Shown: positions 38,582 to 49,794, counted from the first letter of the stretch. The stretch is 64,000 nt of DNA from Candidatus Woesearchaeota archaeon (GCA_964455655.1 CAYVWZ010000002.1:24502-88501); one strand, 5' to 3'. Notes: a model not told the origin generated them from the letters alone. Numbers and translations: made by a program.

Positions 38582-39883
38582 ATGTTTAATTTCCTCAAAG
38601 AAAAGCTCAAGAAGGCAGTAGAAAACTTCCAAGATAAAGTAGAAGAAGAAGTACCAGAGCAAGAAAGCCAAGAAGCAATAGAAGTAAAACCAGAAATTAA
38701 AGAAGAATTAAAAGAACAGAAAGAACCTCAGAAAGAAGAAACTCCTACTCTTGAAGAACCGCACGAAAAAGGATTCTTTACAAAACTTAAAGAAAAAATA
38801 ACTAAGAAACAAGAAGTAACAGAAGAAGCAAAAGAACCTATTAAAGAACTAGAAAAACCAGAACATGTTGAAGTCAAAGAAGTACAAGATACCAAAGAGA
38901 CCATCCCACCAGTAGAAGAAGTTGTAGAAGAACCCGCAAAAGAATTCGTTGAACCAGAACCAGCAAAGATCGAAGAACCCGTTCAAGAAGAAATACAAGA
39001 GAAAAAAGGATTCTTCCAATTCGTAAAAGAAAAAGTAACCACCAAAAAAATAGGAGAAGACAAATTTGAAGAATTATTCTGGGACATTGAATTAGCACTC
39101 CTTGAAAACAACGTAGCAGTAGAAGTTATAGAAAAAATCAAGAAAGACTTGAAAACAGTACTCGTAGACAAACCCATTAAGAAAAGCGACTATGACGATA
39201 TTATTTTACTTAGCTTAAAACAAAGCATCAAAGAAGTTCTTAGTATCAAACCAATAGACATCTTACAAAAAATCAAAGAGAAAAAAGAAAGACCATTTGT
39301 CATTGCCTTCATCGGAGTAAACGGAGTTGGAAAAACAACAAGCATAGCAAAAGTAGCACATTACTTAAAAAAACATAATCTCAACGTAATCATTGCAGCA
39401 GGAGACACATGGAGAGCGGGAAGCGTAGAACAACTAGAAACCTGGGCAACACGACTAAACGTCCCATTAGTCAAAGCAGCATACGGAGCAGACCCTGCAA
39501 GCATAGCATACGACGCAATAGCAATGGCAAAATCAAAACACTTAGATGTCGTATTAATAGATACTGCAGGAAGACAGCACAAAAATATCAATTTAATGAG
39601 AGAATTACAAAAAATATTGAATGTAAGTAAAGCAGACTTAACACTCTTAACCGTAGAAAGTATAGTAGGAAACGACGCAGTAGAACAAGCAGCAAACTTT
39701 GGAACAACCATCAATTTAGACGGAAGCATTTTAACAAAATCAGACATTGATGAAAAAGGCGGAGCAATATTATCCATAGCATACATCACTAAGAAACCAA
39801 TAGTCTTCTTAGGAACCGGACAAGAACTAGACAACCTAGAAATATTTGATTCAGAAAAAATCCTAGCACGATTAGGGCTATAA
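38582..39883 (+). CDS. ftsY: signal recognition particle receptor FtsY
   Basis: Acidic EK-rich N-terminal region, then an NG domain with IAFIGVNGVGKTTSIAK, DTAGR, TKSD and GTGQ. Confidence 0.9.
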   Translation: MFNFLKEKLKKAVENFQDKVEEEVPEQESQEAIEVKPEIKEELKEQKEPQKEETPTLEEPHEKGFFTKLKEKITKKQEVTEEAKEPIKELEKPEHVEVKEVQDTKETIPPVEEVVEEPAKEFVEPEPAKIEEPVQEEIQEKKGFFQFVKEKVTTKKIGEDKFEELFWDIELALLENNVAVEVIEKIKKDLKTVLVDKPIKKSDYDDIILLSLKQSIKEVLSIKPIDILQKIKEKKERPFVIAFIGVNGVGKTTSIAKVAHYLKKHNLNVIIAAGDTWRAGSVEQLETWATRLNVPLVKAAYGADPASIAYDAIAMAKSKHLDVVLIDTAGRQHKNINLMRELQKILNVSKADLTLLTVESIVGNDAVEQAANFGTTINLDGSILTKSDIDEKGGAILSIAYITKKPIVFLGTGQELDNLEIFDSEKILARLGL

Positions 39884-39913
39884 TTTTTATACTAGTACCT
39901 TTTTTATTCTTGA

Positions 39914-41200
39914 ATGCAAAAGAGGGAAAATCAAAATACGTTATTCATTCTTGTAGGAATCTTTATTGGAATCGTAATTTTAGGAGCGCTCCTCTATATT
40001 CAACCACACATCACAGGAAATGCTATTTCCGGAATAACATGTAATGATACTGATGGTGGCATAAAGCGTATCAATCTTGGAACAATCACATGGACAAATG
40101 CAGAGTATCAAACGTATACGAACACTGATTACTGTAGAAACTCTCAAACACTCTTAGAATATTACTGCTCTGGTGACAAACCTGCATCTAAAGATATCAC
40201 TTGTAACCCTAACAACAAAGCAATATGCGAACAAGGGAGATGTGTTTCTCCTCGTTACGCTTCAGGCTTTGATCCAGGGATGAAAACAGCACTCGCAGCA
40301 ACAACAGATCCTCAAAGCTCTTACTATTTTGAAAGTTGTCCTAGCAGTGCAGACAATAAATGTTATGGAACAATCCCTAATAAAGGAGGATTTTATACCA
40401 TTGGATGGGATGAACCTCTACATAATTGCACCATTAACACAGGAATGATGTACTATGAAGATCCTGGAAATCCTAATGTTTCATGCCCATTTTACTTTGA
40501 ATGGAAAAACACTACAGACAAATTAAGTGCGCACTTAACCGTAGACACTTTAAATTTTAGCAGTGGTAATACAAGAAATATCTATATAGGGCTCCAAGAA
40601 AACACTAACACTCCAAGAAACAAAAATAGCACTAAATATTTTGGTGTTAATGGAAGTAATTTTTCAAACACTCCCTACCTTTCTAACATTACAACCATCT
40701 CGTTTGATATGAGAGCAAAACTCTGCCCTGGTCCGCAAGAAGAAAATAGATTCGGAAGAATACTCTACTATGCAGGTTTAGGTGGAACAGGAAATGGTAT
40801 AACTCTTTCCTTAGACCTTCTTCAATATACTGCACCAAACCAACCTGCTGGAGCATTAGTAAAAACTGTTAACACAGAATTAGAACTCTGCAATTGCACA
40901 GACCAAAGAGCAGCAAACGTTATCCATGTAAACGGATACTATGCAGGAATACTCCCTCCTGAACAAACCATCTTTGTTGATAACACACCAACATGCTCAA
41001 CACCATTAGAAGAAGTACCATGGATCCATGTACAAATACCCATGCAACAAATGGTTCAAATCCTCATAGATCATGGCTATACTAATACCACTGCACTTGA
41101 AGGAGCAAGATACACAAGCGGAATTATTGGCGGTATAGAAACATGGGGAAGAAGTAGAGTAGAACTAGAAATTAAAGACCATACTATTTATACAAAATAA
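39914..41200 (+). CDS. hypothetical secreted/membrane-anchored protein, Cys- and Asn-rich
   Basis: N-terminal TM helix (LFILVGIFIGIVILGALLY) and many N-x-S/T sites. Confidence 0.45.
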   Translation: MQKRENQNTLFILVGIFIGIVILGALLYIQPHITGNAISGITCNDTDGGIKRINLGTITWTNAEYQTYTNTDYCRNSQTLLEYYCSGDKPASKDITCNPNNKAICEQGRCVSPRYASGFDPGMKTALAATTDPQSSYYFESCPSSADNKCYGTIPNKGGFYTIGWDEPLHNCTINTGMMYYEDPGNPNVSCPFYFEWKNTTDKLSAHLTVDTLNFSSGNTRNIYIGLQENTNTPRNKNSTKYFGVNGSNFSNTPYLSNITTISFDMRAKLCPGPQEENRFGRILYYAGLGGTGNGITLSLDLLQYTAPNQPAGALVKTVNTELELCNCTDQRAANVIHVNGYYAGILPPEQTIFVDNTPTCSTPLEEVPWIHVQIPMQQMVQILIDHGYTNTTALEGARYTSGIIGGIETWGRSRVELEIKDHTIYTK

Positions 41201-41689
41201 TTATCCTAAACTTTTAGGAAATGGACGACACTCACAATTTTTTACATGTTCTCTATGCCAAGCAATGCGCTCATCTTTTGAAGGATTCTTTTTCATAAGA
41301 TTTTTTCTATGCCAAGAATAATTTATTTTTTTTGAAAAAGTAGGACCATCAACCTTTACTGCAAACGCTTTCTTTCCTTCATCAGAAACTAAACCAAGCT
41401 TTTCTAACTCTTTGTAATATTTTACGTTTAATGAAGACCATTTACTCCCCTTTCTTCGAGGAGTAAATCTCTGAGCATACTTCTCTTCATCAATACTCTT
41501 AGCAGTGCTATCAATCCACCCAAAACATAATGCCTCTTTAACCGCATCGCTATACTCAACGCGAGACTTATTAGAATTTTTCTTGTAATACACCAACCAA
41601 ATTTCTTTTTTTGATTTATGATTTTTTTCTAACCACTTTCTCCAAGAATTACGGTCTTTTGCATAATACGTTTTTGTAATTTCCATCAA
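41201..41689 (-). CDS. YdeI/OmpD-associated family protein
   Basis: WRKWLEKNH...EALCFGWIDS...FTPRRKGS.WS is the pattern of that family. Confidence 0.45.
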   Translation of the reverse strand: MMEITKTYYAKDRNSWRKWLEKNHKSKKEIWLVYYKKNSNKSRVEYSDAVKEALCFGWIDSTAKSIDEEKYAQRFTPRRKGSKWSSLNVKYYKELEKLGLVSDEGKKAFAVKVDGPTFSKKINYSWHRKNLMKKNPSKDERIAWHREHVKNCECRPFPKSLG

Positions 41690-42213
41690 ATTTTCCTCGG
41701 ATCATAAGCCCAATGTAATAATGTTTGACGTTGCTTAGGTCTACATAGGGGCTTATTCTTACAATGTTTCTTTAATGCCGCAACATGACGGACAATTGCT
41801 TTCCATCTCTTAATTTGTCTTTCATCATCAACATGACGACGACCCATATAATATCGACAATACCATTGAAACCATCCACGAGGATCATCCTTATGTATCC
41901 AACCTTTTTCTTCCCACACTGAGCGAGAAAGACTTGCTTTTACTTTATAATAATTTAATGAAGGATCTTCATGCCACTTTGAAATTTTTGCATGCGTAAA
42001 CCATGATTTCGGAAATTCTTTAGGGATCTCATCAAAATACGCACCTCCAAACACTCCTAACTCTAACATTTGTTTCGGTGTTACTTCAGGTTTAAAATCA
42101 GGATGAAATTTTTTACCCCTAGGGGCCGTTAAAACATATGTATACTTCTTTTGAAGATAATCATTCACCACAACTTTTTTCATTTTAGTTTTCTTCCCAC
42201 TCATATTGGTCAT
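41686..42213 (-). CDS. conserved hypothetical protein
   Basis: 175 aa, Trp/Arg-rich (GWFQWYCRYYMGRRHVDDERQIKRWKA). No confident family. Confidence 0.4.
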   Translation of the reverse strand: MTNMSGKKTKMKKVVVNDYLQKKYTYVLTAPRGKKFHPDFKPEVTPKQMLELGVFGGAYFDEIPKEFPKSWFTHAKISKWHEDPSLNYYKVKASLSRSVWEEKGWIHKDDPRGWFQWYCRYYMGRRHVDDERQIKRWKAIVRHVAALKKHCKNKPLCRPKQRQTLLHWAYDPRKI

Positions 42214-42685
42214 ATACTAAATCTATCTGAGGTATTTGTATTTGGCTTACATTACCTTTAAAACTTTTGACTATTGTTACGTGAGGCTGAAGAGGGTAGG
42301 GAAGAGTATTATCTCTCTTACTAAGATGCGCTGCAATTATACCTAAGCGTTTCGGATCTGGCTCTTCTTCGAAATACCCATGGACACATTGCCTTACAGC
42401 CTCTTGAATTAAATACTCACGAAGTGCTATGATCCTCCTATCATTATGCGCTAACACTAAATCTCCCTCTCCAAATATCTGCGCTGAACATACGGTAGAG
42501 TCAACAAGTATTGGTAACGATCTTCTTAATCCTTCTTCTAAAACAGGATTTTTAAATAATGGTGACTCTCTCGAGTAAAATATTGTAGAATGATACTCTG
42601 ACTTTCTAGAAAATCCCATAGCTTCTGCATATGCACCTAACGCACTACCACTTGCTTCTGAGAGAACTAATTTGACCATAGACAT
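42185..42685 (-). CDS. 2H phosphoesterase superfamily protein (LigT/ThpR-like)
   Basis: Two H-x-T-x motifs (YHSTIFY and PHVTIVK) with appropriate spacing. Confidence 0.5.
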   Translation of the reverse strand: MSMVKLVLSEASGSALGAYAEAMGFSRKSEYHSTIFYSRESPLFKNPVLEEGLRRSLPILVDSTVCSAQIFGEGDLVLAHNDRRIIALREYLIQEAVRQCVHGYFEEEPDPKRLGIIAAHLSKRDNTLPYPLQPHVTIVKSFKGNVSQIQIPQIDLVYDQYEWEEN

Positions 42686-42737
42686 ACCAAAAAGAGCTTC
42701 CCAAGAACTTAAAAACCTTCAGTTCTGCCTAATAAAC

Positions 42738-44084
42738 ATGGTTTTAGAAAAACTTGGAGAAGGGCTCAGAAGTACCTTAAAGAAGATAGCAAGCAGTATA
42801 TTCATAGACGAAAGACTCGTAAATGAACTCATCAAAGACATCCAAAAAGCACTCTTACAAGCTGACGTTAATGTCAAATTAGTATTTGAATTAACTAACA
42901 AAATCAAAGAACGAGCGCTCCATGAAGAAGCACCACCCACATTAGATAAGAAAGAACACTTAATCAATATTGTATACGAAGAACTTGTAATATTCTTAGG
43001 TGAAGAAAAAGCAGAAATCGTTCCTGAAGGAAAGAAACCCTATATTATCATGATGGTAGGACTCTTCGGATCAGGAAAAACAACCACTACAGGAAAATTA
43101 GCAAAATATTACGCACAACGAGGTCATAAAGTAGCAACGATGGGATTAGACGTTCATCGCCCAGCAGCAATAGACCAATTAGAACAAGTAAGTAAACAAG
43201 TTGGAGTAAAATGTTTTAGTAAGAGAGGAGAAAAAGACGTAACAAAAATTTACAAGAGTTTTGAATCAGAAATAAAAAATTATGATTTATTACTTATTGA
43301 CACAGCAGGAAGAGATGCATTAAGCCAAGATTTGATTAAGGAAATTGAAACACTCAACAAAATCGCACAACCAGAACAACGATTACTCGTAATTAATGCA
43401 GACATAGGACAAGCAGCACAAGCACAAGCACAAGCATTCCACGACGCAGTGCACGTTACGGGAGTTATTATTACAAAACTAGATGGAACAGCAAAAGGAG
43501 GGGGGGCACTCACTGCATGCGCAGTAAGCGGAGCAAAAATAAGATTCATCGGAACAGGAGAAAAAGCAGAAGATCTCGAAGTATTCAACCCAAAAGGATT
43601 TGTAGGAAGACTCTTAGGAATGGGAGATCTAGAAGCACTACTAGAAAAAGCAAAACATGCAATCAGCGAAGAACAAGCAGAAGATCTAGGAAAGAAATTC
43701 TTGAAAGGAGATTACAACTTCTTAGACTTATACGAACAAACACAAGCAATGAAAAAAATGGGACCACTAACAAAAGTTCTCGACATGATACCCGGAATGG
43801 GAAATATGAATATACCGAAAGACATGCTTGAAGTACAACAAGAAAAATTAGAAAAATGGAAATATTTAATGCAATCAATGACAAAAGAAGAATTAGAAGA
43901 TCCAGAAATTATCACAACAGCAAGAATAGAGAGAATCGCAAAAGGATCAGGAAATAGTGTTGGAGAAGTAAGAGATTTATTAAAACAATATCGACAGAGC
44001 AAGAAAATGATGAAAATGATGAAAGGGAAAAATCCAGAAAAAATGTTAAAAAAATTTGGAAATATGAAAGGAATGAAATTCTAA
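42738..44084 (+). CDS. srp54: signal recognition particle protein SRP54
   Basis: MVLEKLGEGL start (the track ORF begins 22 codons earlier). NG domain MMVGLFGSGKTTTTGKLA, DTAGR. Met-rich M domain at the C-terminus. Confidence 0.9.
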   Translation: MVLEKLGEGLRSTLKKIASSIFIDERLVNELIKDIQKALLQADVNVKLVFELTNKIKERALHEEAPPTLDKKEHLINIVYEELVIFLGEEKAEIVPEGKKPYIIMMVGLFGSGKTTTTGKLAKYYAQRGHKVATMGLDVHRPAAIDQLEQVSKQVGVKCFSKRGEKDVTKIYKSFESEIKNYDLLLIDTAGRDALSQDLIKEIETLNKIAQPEQRLLVINADIGQAAQAQAQAFHDAVHVTGVIITKLDGTAKGGGALTACAVSGAKIRFIGTGEKAEDLEVFNPKGFVGRLLGMGDLEALLEKAKHAISEEQAEDLGKKFLKGDYNFLDLYEQTQAMKKMGPLTKVLDMIPGMGNMNIPKDMLEVQQEKLEKWKYLMQSMTKEELEDPEIITTARIERIAKGSGNSVGEVRDLLKQYRQSKKMMKMMKGKNPEKMLKKFGNMKGMKF

Positions 44085-44117
44085 AGTTTTATTAGTTACC
44101 TCTTACGTTGAACATAC

Positions 44118-45074
44118 ATGCGATATCGTTATGCATTATTATTTTTATTAGTATTAATTCTTATTACTGCATGTACTCGAACACCTGAACCCGGTACAAA
44201 CACAAAAGAATACACTCTCGAACACGACGGAATAACAAGAACATACCAAGTACACACTCCACCGAGTTATGATGGAACAAAAGCACTACCCGTTGTTATT
44301 TACTTACACGGTGGTGGAGGAAGCATTAAAGCAGCATATGCTGACAATAAAGATAGAGATGCTGACAAACTAGGATTTATACTTGTAGTACCAGAAGGAA
44401 CAGGATGGTTAGAACATAGAGCATTAACATGGAACTCAGGAAAATGGGCAACAGGAGATTGTTGTGGACCTGCATACAAAAACAATGTAGACGATGTCGG
44501 ATACATTTCAGCATTAATAGACGCAGTTGGAGAAAAATATACTATTGATACTAAACGCGTTTATGCCACTGGAATTTCAAATGGTGGAATGATGAGCTAT
44601 CGCTTAGCTTGCGAATTGCCAAATAAGATAGCTGCGGTTGCACCCGTTGCAGCACCAGCAATACCTGATGATTGTAACCCTTCAAGACCAATAGCCGTTA
44701 TGGATGTTCAAGGAGCATTAGATCCTTGTGTTCCTATTGATGGAGGGCCTGGTGGTGGATGCTTACCTGGAGCTAAAGAATTTACTGTACCCTCTCAAGA
44801 AGAAAGAGTTGCATTCTGGACTAAAAATAATCATTGTTCTAATCAAACAACTACAACTTACAACAAAGGAGAAGCTACCTGTGTACGTTATGAGTCATGC
44901 GATTCTAATTCAGAAGTAGATTATTGTATTATAGGAAATGGTGGACATACATGGCCAAGCGGTAATCAATACTTATCAGCAGAAAAAGTTGGCCCTGTAT
45001 CTTACGATATGAACTTCGAACAAATGTATGAATTCTTAAAAGTTCATTCAACAACACAACTTCTTATTGAGTAA
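44118..45074 (+). CDS. lipoprotein esterase, poly(3-hydroxybutyrate) depolymerase/LpqC-like alpha/beta hydrolase
   Basis: Lipobox LITAC. VVIYLHGGGGS...GFILVVPEG...YATGISNGGMMSYRLAC, with a GxSxG nucleophile elbow. Confidence 0.6.
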   Translation: MRYRYALLFLLVLILITACTRTPEPGTNTKEYTLEHDGITRTYQVHTPPSYDGTKALPVVIYLHGGGGSIKAAYADNKDRDADKLGFILVVPEGTGWLEHRALTWNSGKWATGDCCGPAYKNNVDDVGYISALIDAVGEKYTIDTKRVYATGISNGGMMSYRLACELPNKIAAVAPVAAPAIPDDCNPSRPIAVMDVQGALDPCVPIDGGPGGGCLPGAKEFTVPSQEERVAFWTKNNHCSNQTTTTYNKGEATCVRYESCDSNSEVDYCIIGNGGHTWPSGNQYLSAEKVGPVSYDMNFEQMYEFLKVHSTTQLLIE

Positions 45075-45113
45075 ACTAACAACAAACTATATAAATTACA
45101 GGCCATCAAGAAT

Positions 45114-45860
45114 TTGATCATGCATAAAAGAGGGCAAGTAACCATATTCGTTATACTAGGAATAGTAATCGTTGTTCTTGTTGCTCTTCTGTTCTTATTC
45201 CGAAGTAATCTCAATATTTCAGGCGGAGGAAAAACTCCTACCAATATCAAAGAATTCACAGAGAGTTGTGTAGACCAAGTAGGAAGAGAAGCACTCATCA
45301 AAGTAGGAATACAAGGAGGATACTATAATGTTCCAGCATCTACAACATCAGTACATAGAGAAGAACCAGCATATGGATCAATTACTATCCCCGTATGGAA
45401 TTTTGGAGCTGAATCAGAAATACCCTCACTCATCACTATTAATCAAGAAATAAATTCTTACTTCAAAGACCACTTTAACGACTGTATCAATGACTATTCC
45501 TCATACTCAAATGAAGGATGGACTGTAGAATCAGGAGAAATTAATGTAAACACCGACTTCCAAAGCGGACAAACCGTACTAGCCGCAAACTACCCTGTGA
45601 CTGCAACAAAACAAGAAGAAACAGTGACCTTCGATGCATTAACACCAATAACCATACCATGGGATTTCCTTAATACCTATGAAACAGGATCAGAAGCAGC
45701 AGCACTCTTCGGAAGACAACGAGCAATACCCGCAAATTATGTTATCTCACAGGGATATGGATTCTTAACCTTTAATCAAAATGGAACAATAATATTTAGA
45801 ATTACATCACAAAAAGACGATGAGGAGAAGAAATACGTTCTAGCCTATGCGGTTTATTAA
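45114..45860 (+). CDS. archaeal type IV pilin-like protein (class III signal peptide KRGQ-VTIFV), partner of giant surface protein
   Basis: MIMHKRGQVTIFVILGIVIVVLVALLF. Conserved TESCVDQ region. Its stop overlaps the start of 45847. Confidence 0.6.
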   Translation: MIMHKRGQVTIFVILGIVIVVLVALLFLFRSNLNISGGGKTPTNIKEFTESCVDQVGREALIKVGIQGGYYNVPASTTSVHREEPAYGSITIPVWNFGAESEIPSLITINQEINSYFKDHFNDCINDYSSYSNEGWTVESGEINVNTDFQSGQTVLAANYPVTATKQEETVTFDALTPITIPWDFLNTYETGSEAAALFGRQRAIPANYVISQGYGFLTFNQNGTIIFRITSQKDDEEKKYVLAYAVY

Positions 45861-48800
45861 ATATCTTTTATTTTTTGTACTCATTGCTCTTCTCATTCTA
45901 CCATTTGTTACCGCAGCAAGTTCATGTACTTACACCTGTGCATGCACACCTGGAGCATGTTCCTCCTATGATCCAGAAAAACAATTCAATTATGTATGTA
46001 GCGAAGACTTTTGGAGCAGCGACTGCGGAGGAGGAACCGGAACTATTGATTGGACAGAAGTAGGACCTGACCAAAACATCCCTGTAGAAGACTTAATCCT
46101 TATTCTTGAACTCCAACCAGAAGAACTCAATAATATACCAGGACCCTTAGATTCAACAACGGGAATAGACCAAAATATTGTGTTTGAAGCATTACAAGAA
46201 GCAAGCCTTATCACACCACCTATTAGAATATGGGGAACTGATGGAGTTGTTGCTGGAGATAACCTCGATGAACAACTAGACTGTACAACATTCGAAACAG
46301 GATGCTCGCTCACTTACATTAACGGAGCATACATCCTCGAAGCAGGAGGGGTAGCGTTCAATCTTAACAAACTAGGCGGAAGCACCATTAAAACACATAA
46401 TGAAGTTCCAACATTATCCATACCTGTACAACTTCTTGGAGACATTGCACCATCAGGAAGTGTTATGAGTTGTGGAGACGTACCCTTTGAAATTAATACG
46501 GGAATCCCTGAAGGATATACAAAAACAGAAGCATACGTAGCAGACATTGGTTGCGATACAAGAGAGGGACAACAAACACTCATCATTAGCGGAGGAGTTA
46601 CGATCAACGCAGCAGGATTCACCTTCGACAATAACGGAAATTCAACAGAAGGAACACTAAACCTCTTCTTAAATGGAGTAGGAGAAGGAGATGGAATATT
46701 CTTAGTTGATGGAAATATTGTCTTACAAGGAACTATTGATCAAGACTTTAGCTTAGTAAATAATTGTGTAGGATTCAAATGGGACTCACAAACACAGACA
46801 TTAAACCCATCAGCTGATCAAGCAGGAACTTGCGAAATAGATCCATTCGGAGCAGCATTTAATGTAACACTTCCTAACGGAGAAGTTGTAAGCATTATAG
46901 GAAATGCATGTGTTGTTTACGAAAACGGATATTGTCACAACTTTGCAAGCGATCAAGCATTAGACGATCCAACATGCTTATGTCAAACTGCAGCAGATCC
47001 CGGATTAGCAAATATTACAGAAGAAAATTGCGCGAAAGCAATAGGCCTTGATGAGAGTAAAGACCTTACTGAACAAGAAATGGAAGAATTATGCTCATCA
47101 AACGGCGGAATGTACTGTGCGAAACCAGAAACATATCCATCACTCTGCATGAGAAAAGTAAAAGGAAGACCAATACCAGAAGATACTTCTGCATGGGTAG
47201 CTGAAATAGAAGACAGAATTGCACAATGTGAATCAGGAAATGCATCAGTAGGATGCGAAGAAAATGGAACTATACCAACAGCAGAAAATTGTGCAGAACT
47301 TCTTGGATTACCTCCTGGATATGATAAAACCATGCAAGAAATGGTAGACTATTGTGCATCACATGGAGGGCAATACTGCCCTAATTACCAATACGATACC
47401 ATATGTTTACGAAAAGCAAAGGGAAGGCCAGTGCCAGAAGATCCATCAGCATGGAGAGCAGAAGTTGTAGGTAATGTTGACAAATGTACTGCAGGACAAA
47501 TAGTTGCATGCCCTGGCAATGAAACAATTCCACCAGGAGGTGGAGGCGGAGGACCTGGAGAAAAATCAGTAATACTCTGTAGCGAATTAGAACCAAAAGA
47601 TCAACCAGCAGCACCTAACCCTCAATATTGTTTAGCCACATTAGAATGTAAACCCGGAACTACTTGTGAAGACTCTAAAACATGTAATTGTACACAAAAA
47701 CAATGTAGAAGACTATCATCAGACGATGCACCATCACCTGACTGTTTACAATTCGCAAGAAATGCAGGAAATTCAGAAGAATACTGTGACGATGACGTAG
47801 ATTATGAAAACAAAATAAGCAGCGGAGGAAGATTCGAATTCGTACTCAAAAGCGACGGTGGAGGAACATTCTTCGTTGCAGAAGCAAGCGTAATGAAACC
47901 TGATAGCGATGGAGTTAAACGATGTCAACCATTCGGAAACTTTGGAAATAATCCACCATTCCCAACTATAGCAAAAATGACTGCAGCAGATGATGGAAAA
48001 ATAATCACTCTACCAAAATCAAGTGGCAAGTTTACCCTAGGAACTTACGGAGGAGCAATGAATGAAGGATGGCTCTGCCCAGAAGGATCCGCTAGCGGAG
48101 GAAATAATTCAAAATCATGTAACACTGACTCTGAATGTGGAAGTGGAGAAGTATGTGCATGTACAAGCGCAAGCTGTCTTGCAAATGGGACCTCACCAAC
48201 ATGTGGAAATGGAAAATGTGACAATGGAGAAACAGCAACAACATGCCCAGCAGACTGTGGAACACCACAAGTAACACCTCAATGTACACCTGGAAAGAAA
48301 GAACAATGCTTTACCAACCCAGAAGATAAGAGCTGCTTTATGCAGAGAACATGCACAAGCAATAGCACATGGGGAAGCTGTACACGAGCAGACGATGTAT
48401 GTAAATCAAGCTGCACTGATGGAATACAACTCAGTTGTCCAAGACAATATGGAGTATGCGCAGGAAGCAAACAAACATGCTCAAACTCAGCATGGCCTGG
48501 ATGTGATTATACAAAAGTTCAAGGATATGAACCATCAGAACAAAGTTGTGATAATTTAGACAATGACTGCGATGGAGTAACCGATGAAGGATGCTTATGT
48601 GGATTGGGATCTAACAGAGCATGCGGAACAGACACTGGAGCATGTCAAGCAGGAACTCAAGCATGTGTTAATGGAAAATACAATAACACCTGCGCAAGCG
48701 GAACACTACCCATACAAGAAGCATGCGGAGACGGAATTGATAATGATTGCGACGGAAGCATTGATGAAATGTGCCCATGCGGAACAACATACGGAGAAGG

Positions 48801-49794
48801 ATTCAATAGAACATGCGGACAAAACGCATGCGGAAGCGGAATACAATACTGCCAAAATAATGGAGGAGTATTACGATTTACTGAATGTGTAGGAGCACCA
48901 ATACCCACCTTTGAACGATGCGGAGATAGCATTGATAATGATTGTGACTTATCAGTTGATGAAGGATGCGGATGTGTAGAAGATCGAGCATGTGGAACAA
49001 ACCAAACAGGAGTATGTAAAGCAGGAATACAAAAATGTGGACCTAACAACCTCTATGGAACTTGCGAAGGAGCAGTATATCCTGTAACAGAAAAATGCGG
49101 AGATAAATTAGACAATGATTGCGACGGAAGCACTGATGAGAACTGTCCATGTACCACAGGAGATACAAGATCATGTAATGGCGTAGGAGTATGTAAAGGA
49201 ATTACTGTATCATGCGTCAATGGAACATTCCCCACATGTAATTATGCAAATGTAAGCAAGTACGAACGAGAAGAAGTATCATGTACTGATAAATTAGACA
49301 ATGATTGCGACAACAAAACTGACGCTGAAGACTTAAGCTGTGAAGACGATTCAAGCATTGATTGCAGCGACGGAACACCAAACAAACAATGCTCCGAAAC
49401 AAAACCAAACTACTGTGATGGAGGAAACTTAATACAGAAATGTAACACATGCCTCTGCTTATCAGGAGAACGATGCGACATTACAGGAAAATGCGTAGAA
49501 GACTACATACCACCTATCGATGAAGGAACAGATGACGGAACTACTGGCGGAACGGGAACAAGCAGATGTAATTATGATGATATTTGCGATCCAAATGAAT
49601 CATCAGTTACGTGCAGCGATTGCGAATTAACAGGTGGAACGGGAACAAGCACCGATGAAGGAACAGGAAGTACAAAACTCTTAGGAATAGCCTTACTCGT
49701 AGCAGGATTAGCCATACTTGCTGTAGCACTCATACAACGAAAGAAACCTCAAAAACCACAGGGAGGACAACAAGTTGCCAACCCCAAAAGATAA
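45847..49794 (+). CDS. giant surface protein (1315 aa) with Cys-rich DNDCDG (MopE-like putative metal-binding) repeats and C-terminal TM anchor
   Basis: Signal peptide. At least 6 repeats of CGD.(L/I)DNDCDG..DE.C. Thr/Gly linkers. C-terminal TM LLGIALLVAGLAILAVALI followed by a basic tail. Confidence 0.7.
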   Translation: MRFIKYLLFFVLIALLILPFVTAASSCTYTCACTPGACSSYDPEKQFNYVCSEDFWSSDCGGGTGTIDWTEVGPDQNIPVEDLILILELQPEELNNIPGPLDSTTGIDQNIVFEALQEASLITPPIRIWGTDGVVAGDNLDEQLDCTTFETGCSLTYINGAYILEAGGVAFNLNKLGGSTIKTHNEVPTLSIPVQLLGDIAPSGSVMSCGDVPFEINTGIPEGYTKTEAYVADIGCDTREGQQTLIISGGVTINAAGFTFDNNGNSTEGTLNLFLNGVGEGDGIFLVDGNIVLQGTIDQDFSLVNNCVGFKWDSQTQTLNPSADQAGTCEIDPFGAAFNVTLPNGEVVSIIGNACVVYENGYCHNFASDQALDDPTCLCQTAADPGLANITEENCAKAIGLDESKDLTEQEMEELCSSNGGMYCAKPETYPSLCMRKVKGRPIPEDTSAWVAEIEDRIAQCESGNASVGCEENGTIPTAENCAELLGLPPGYDKTMQEMVDYCASHGGQYCPNYQYDTICLRKAKGRPVPEDPSAWRAEVVGNVDKCTAGQIVACPGNETIPPGGGGGGPGEKSVILCSELEPKDQPAAPNPQYCLATLECKPGTTCEDSKTCNCTQKQCRRLSSDDAPSPDCLQFARNAGNSEEYCDDDVDYENKISSGGRFEFVLKSDGGGTFFVAEASVMKPDSDGVKRCQPFGNFGNNPPFPTIAKMTAADDGKIITLPKSSGKFTLGTYGGAMNEGWLCPEGSASGGNNSKSCNTDSECGSGEVCACTSASCLANGTSPTCGNGKCDNGETATTCPADCGTPQVTPQCTPGKKEQCFTNPEDKSCFMQRTCTSNSTWGSCTRADDVCKSSCTDGIQLSCPRQYGVCAGSKQTCSNSAWPGCDYTKVQGYEPSEQSCDNLDNDCDGVTDEGCLCGLGSNRACGTDTGACQAGTQACVNGKYNNTCASGTLPIQEACGDGIDNDCDGSIDEMCPCGTTYGEGFNRTCGQNACGSGIQYCQNNGGVLRFTECVGAPIPTFERCGDSIDNDCDLSVDEGCGCVEDRACGTNQTGVCKAGIQKCGPNNLYGTCEGAVYPVTEKCGDKLDNDCDGSTDENCPCTTGDTRSCNGVGVCKGITVSCVNGTFPTCNYANVSKYEREEVSCTDKLDNDCDNKTDAEDLSCEDDSSIDCSDGTPNKQCSETKPNYCDGGNLIQKCNTCLCLSGERCDITGKCVEDYIPPIDEGTDDGTTGGTGTSRCNYDDICDPNESSVTCSDCELTGGTGTSTDEGTGSTKLLGIALLVAGLAILAVALIQRKKPQKPQGGQQVANPKR

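Noticed and set aside
38640-39000. EK-rich repetitive stretch that looked like a tandem repeat
   Set aside because: It is the acidic N-terminal domain of FtsY, in frame and typical of SRP receptors.
43517-43831. 104-aa Arg-rich ORF in an alternative frame of srp54, and antisense ORFs 43280..43588 and 43712..44002
   Set aside because: They overlap the well-supported SRP54 CDS. The composition is a frame artefact of Lys/Glu-rich coding sequence.
46314-49450. Multiple 60-130-aa antisense ORFs inside the 1315-aa gene (e.g. 46314..46631, 48657..49049, 49217..49450)
   Set aside because: They lie wholly within a long, motif-supported sense-strand CDS. They are Ser/Pro/His-rich shadow frames typical of antisense readings of Cys/Asp/Gly-rich coding DNA.
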